In this document: in pieces, positions 31,650 through 32,000 of the stretch
How the letters are laid out: each line of letters begins with the position of its first letter
Position numbering within the stretch: the first letter of the stretch is position 1
Assembly (NCBI GenBank): GCA_021735045.1
Contig: JAIPHU010000013.1
Span: 2,109-34,108, forward strand
Reading direction: 5' to 3'
From: Candidatus Omnitrophota bacterium
GTDB taxonomy: Bacteria; Omnitrophota; Gorgyraeia; Duberdicusellales; 4484-171
DNA length: 32,000 nt
Position numbers and translations under genes: made by a program
Notes under the pieces: generated by a model
The model's input: the letters and a program-made list of their open reading frames with translations, nothing else
What the model was told of the DNA's origin: nothing
Database searches by the model: none

Positions 31650-32000
31650 AACTATCTTTTAGCCTAGTCAATAAAAAAGCCATTTTTTTCATGCAACTGA
31701 CCTTTTAAAATTTTAAAACTCCTTTATTGTTTTTTCTAAAAAAATAGTTACTAGGGGAGAGCAAAAAAATAATAGGTTAGGCCTTCCTTAAGAATAATTT
31801 ATCAATAGATAATAGTTTATATCAAACCAATATAAAAACTCTATAAATTAGTCTATAAGTAACTAAACAATGCCAAAAGTAAGTAAGAATTGAGCAATTC
31901 ACAGGTTTTTTAATAAACTTTATAACTCATTGATTCCCTTACAGATAACCCCTATTTCAAATACTTATAAAAGTTAACATAAGATATATTATCGGAAGTT

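Overview
This is a visibly AT-rich, very compact bacterial chromosome segment. Every convincing gene (about 38 CDS) lies on the + strand, and all minus-strand ORFs in the track look like antisense artefacts. The content is mostly housekeeping: dtd, lgt, nadE, folK, panC, aspartate dehydrogenase, uvrA, a TPR/ExbB/ExbD envelope cluster, rsmE, mtaB, a pseudouridine synthase, gmhB, a GT28-like glycosyltransferase, a priA-like gene, fmt, acyP, ligA, SPOR/small-basic-protein/SH3/M50 envelope genes, aroB, two PilZ receptors, a DUF4416-like protein and a PflX-like radical SAM protein. The gene set (Lgt, heptose phosphatase, ExbBD, pilin-like proteins, PilZ) suggests a diderm, probably uncultured small-genome lineage; I cannot assign a taxon from the sequence alone. 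I found no rRNA, tRNA, CRISPR array, transposase, integrase or recognisable defence or toxin system, and I cannot defend a claim of a novel multi-gene system here. The unusual signals are mostly at nucleotide level. (1) A family of 28-nt GC-rich palindromes (GTAGGGGC-N12-GCCCCTAC) occurs twice in-frame inside rsmE and once right after ligA, with compensatory changes in the centre. (2) A second repeat family with conserved 23-nt end boxes fills the spacers between exported-protein genes in the first 3.4 kb. (3) A cluster of three hairpins explains a spurious ORF at 30.5 kb. At protein level the notable items are a PriA homolog whose helicase ATPase motifs are all degenerate, a pilin-like domain fused to a DUF4190-like membrane anchor instead of a prepilin leader, an unlisted 59-aa zinc-ribbon ORF between two PilZ genes, and a tightly coupled set of small genes behind ExbBD. 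All calls come from reading motifs by eye; no searches or computations were run.
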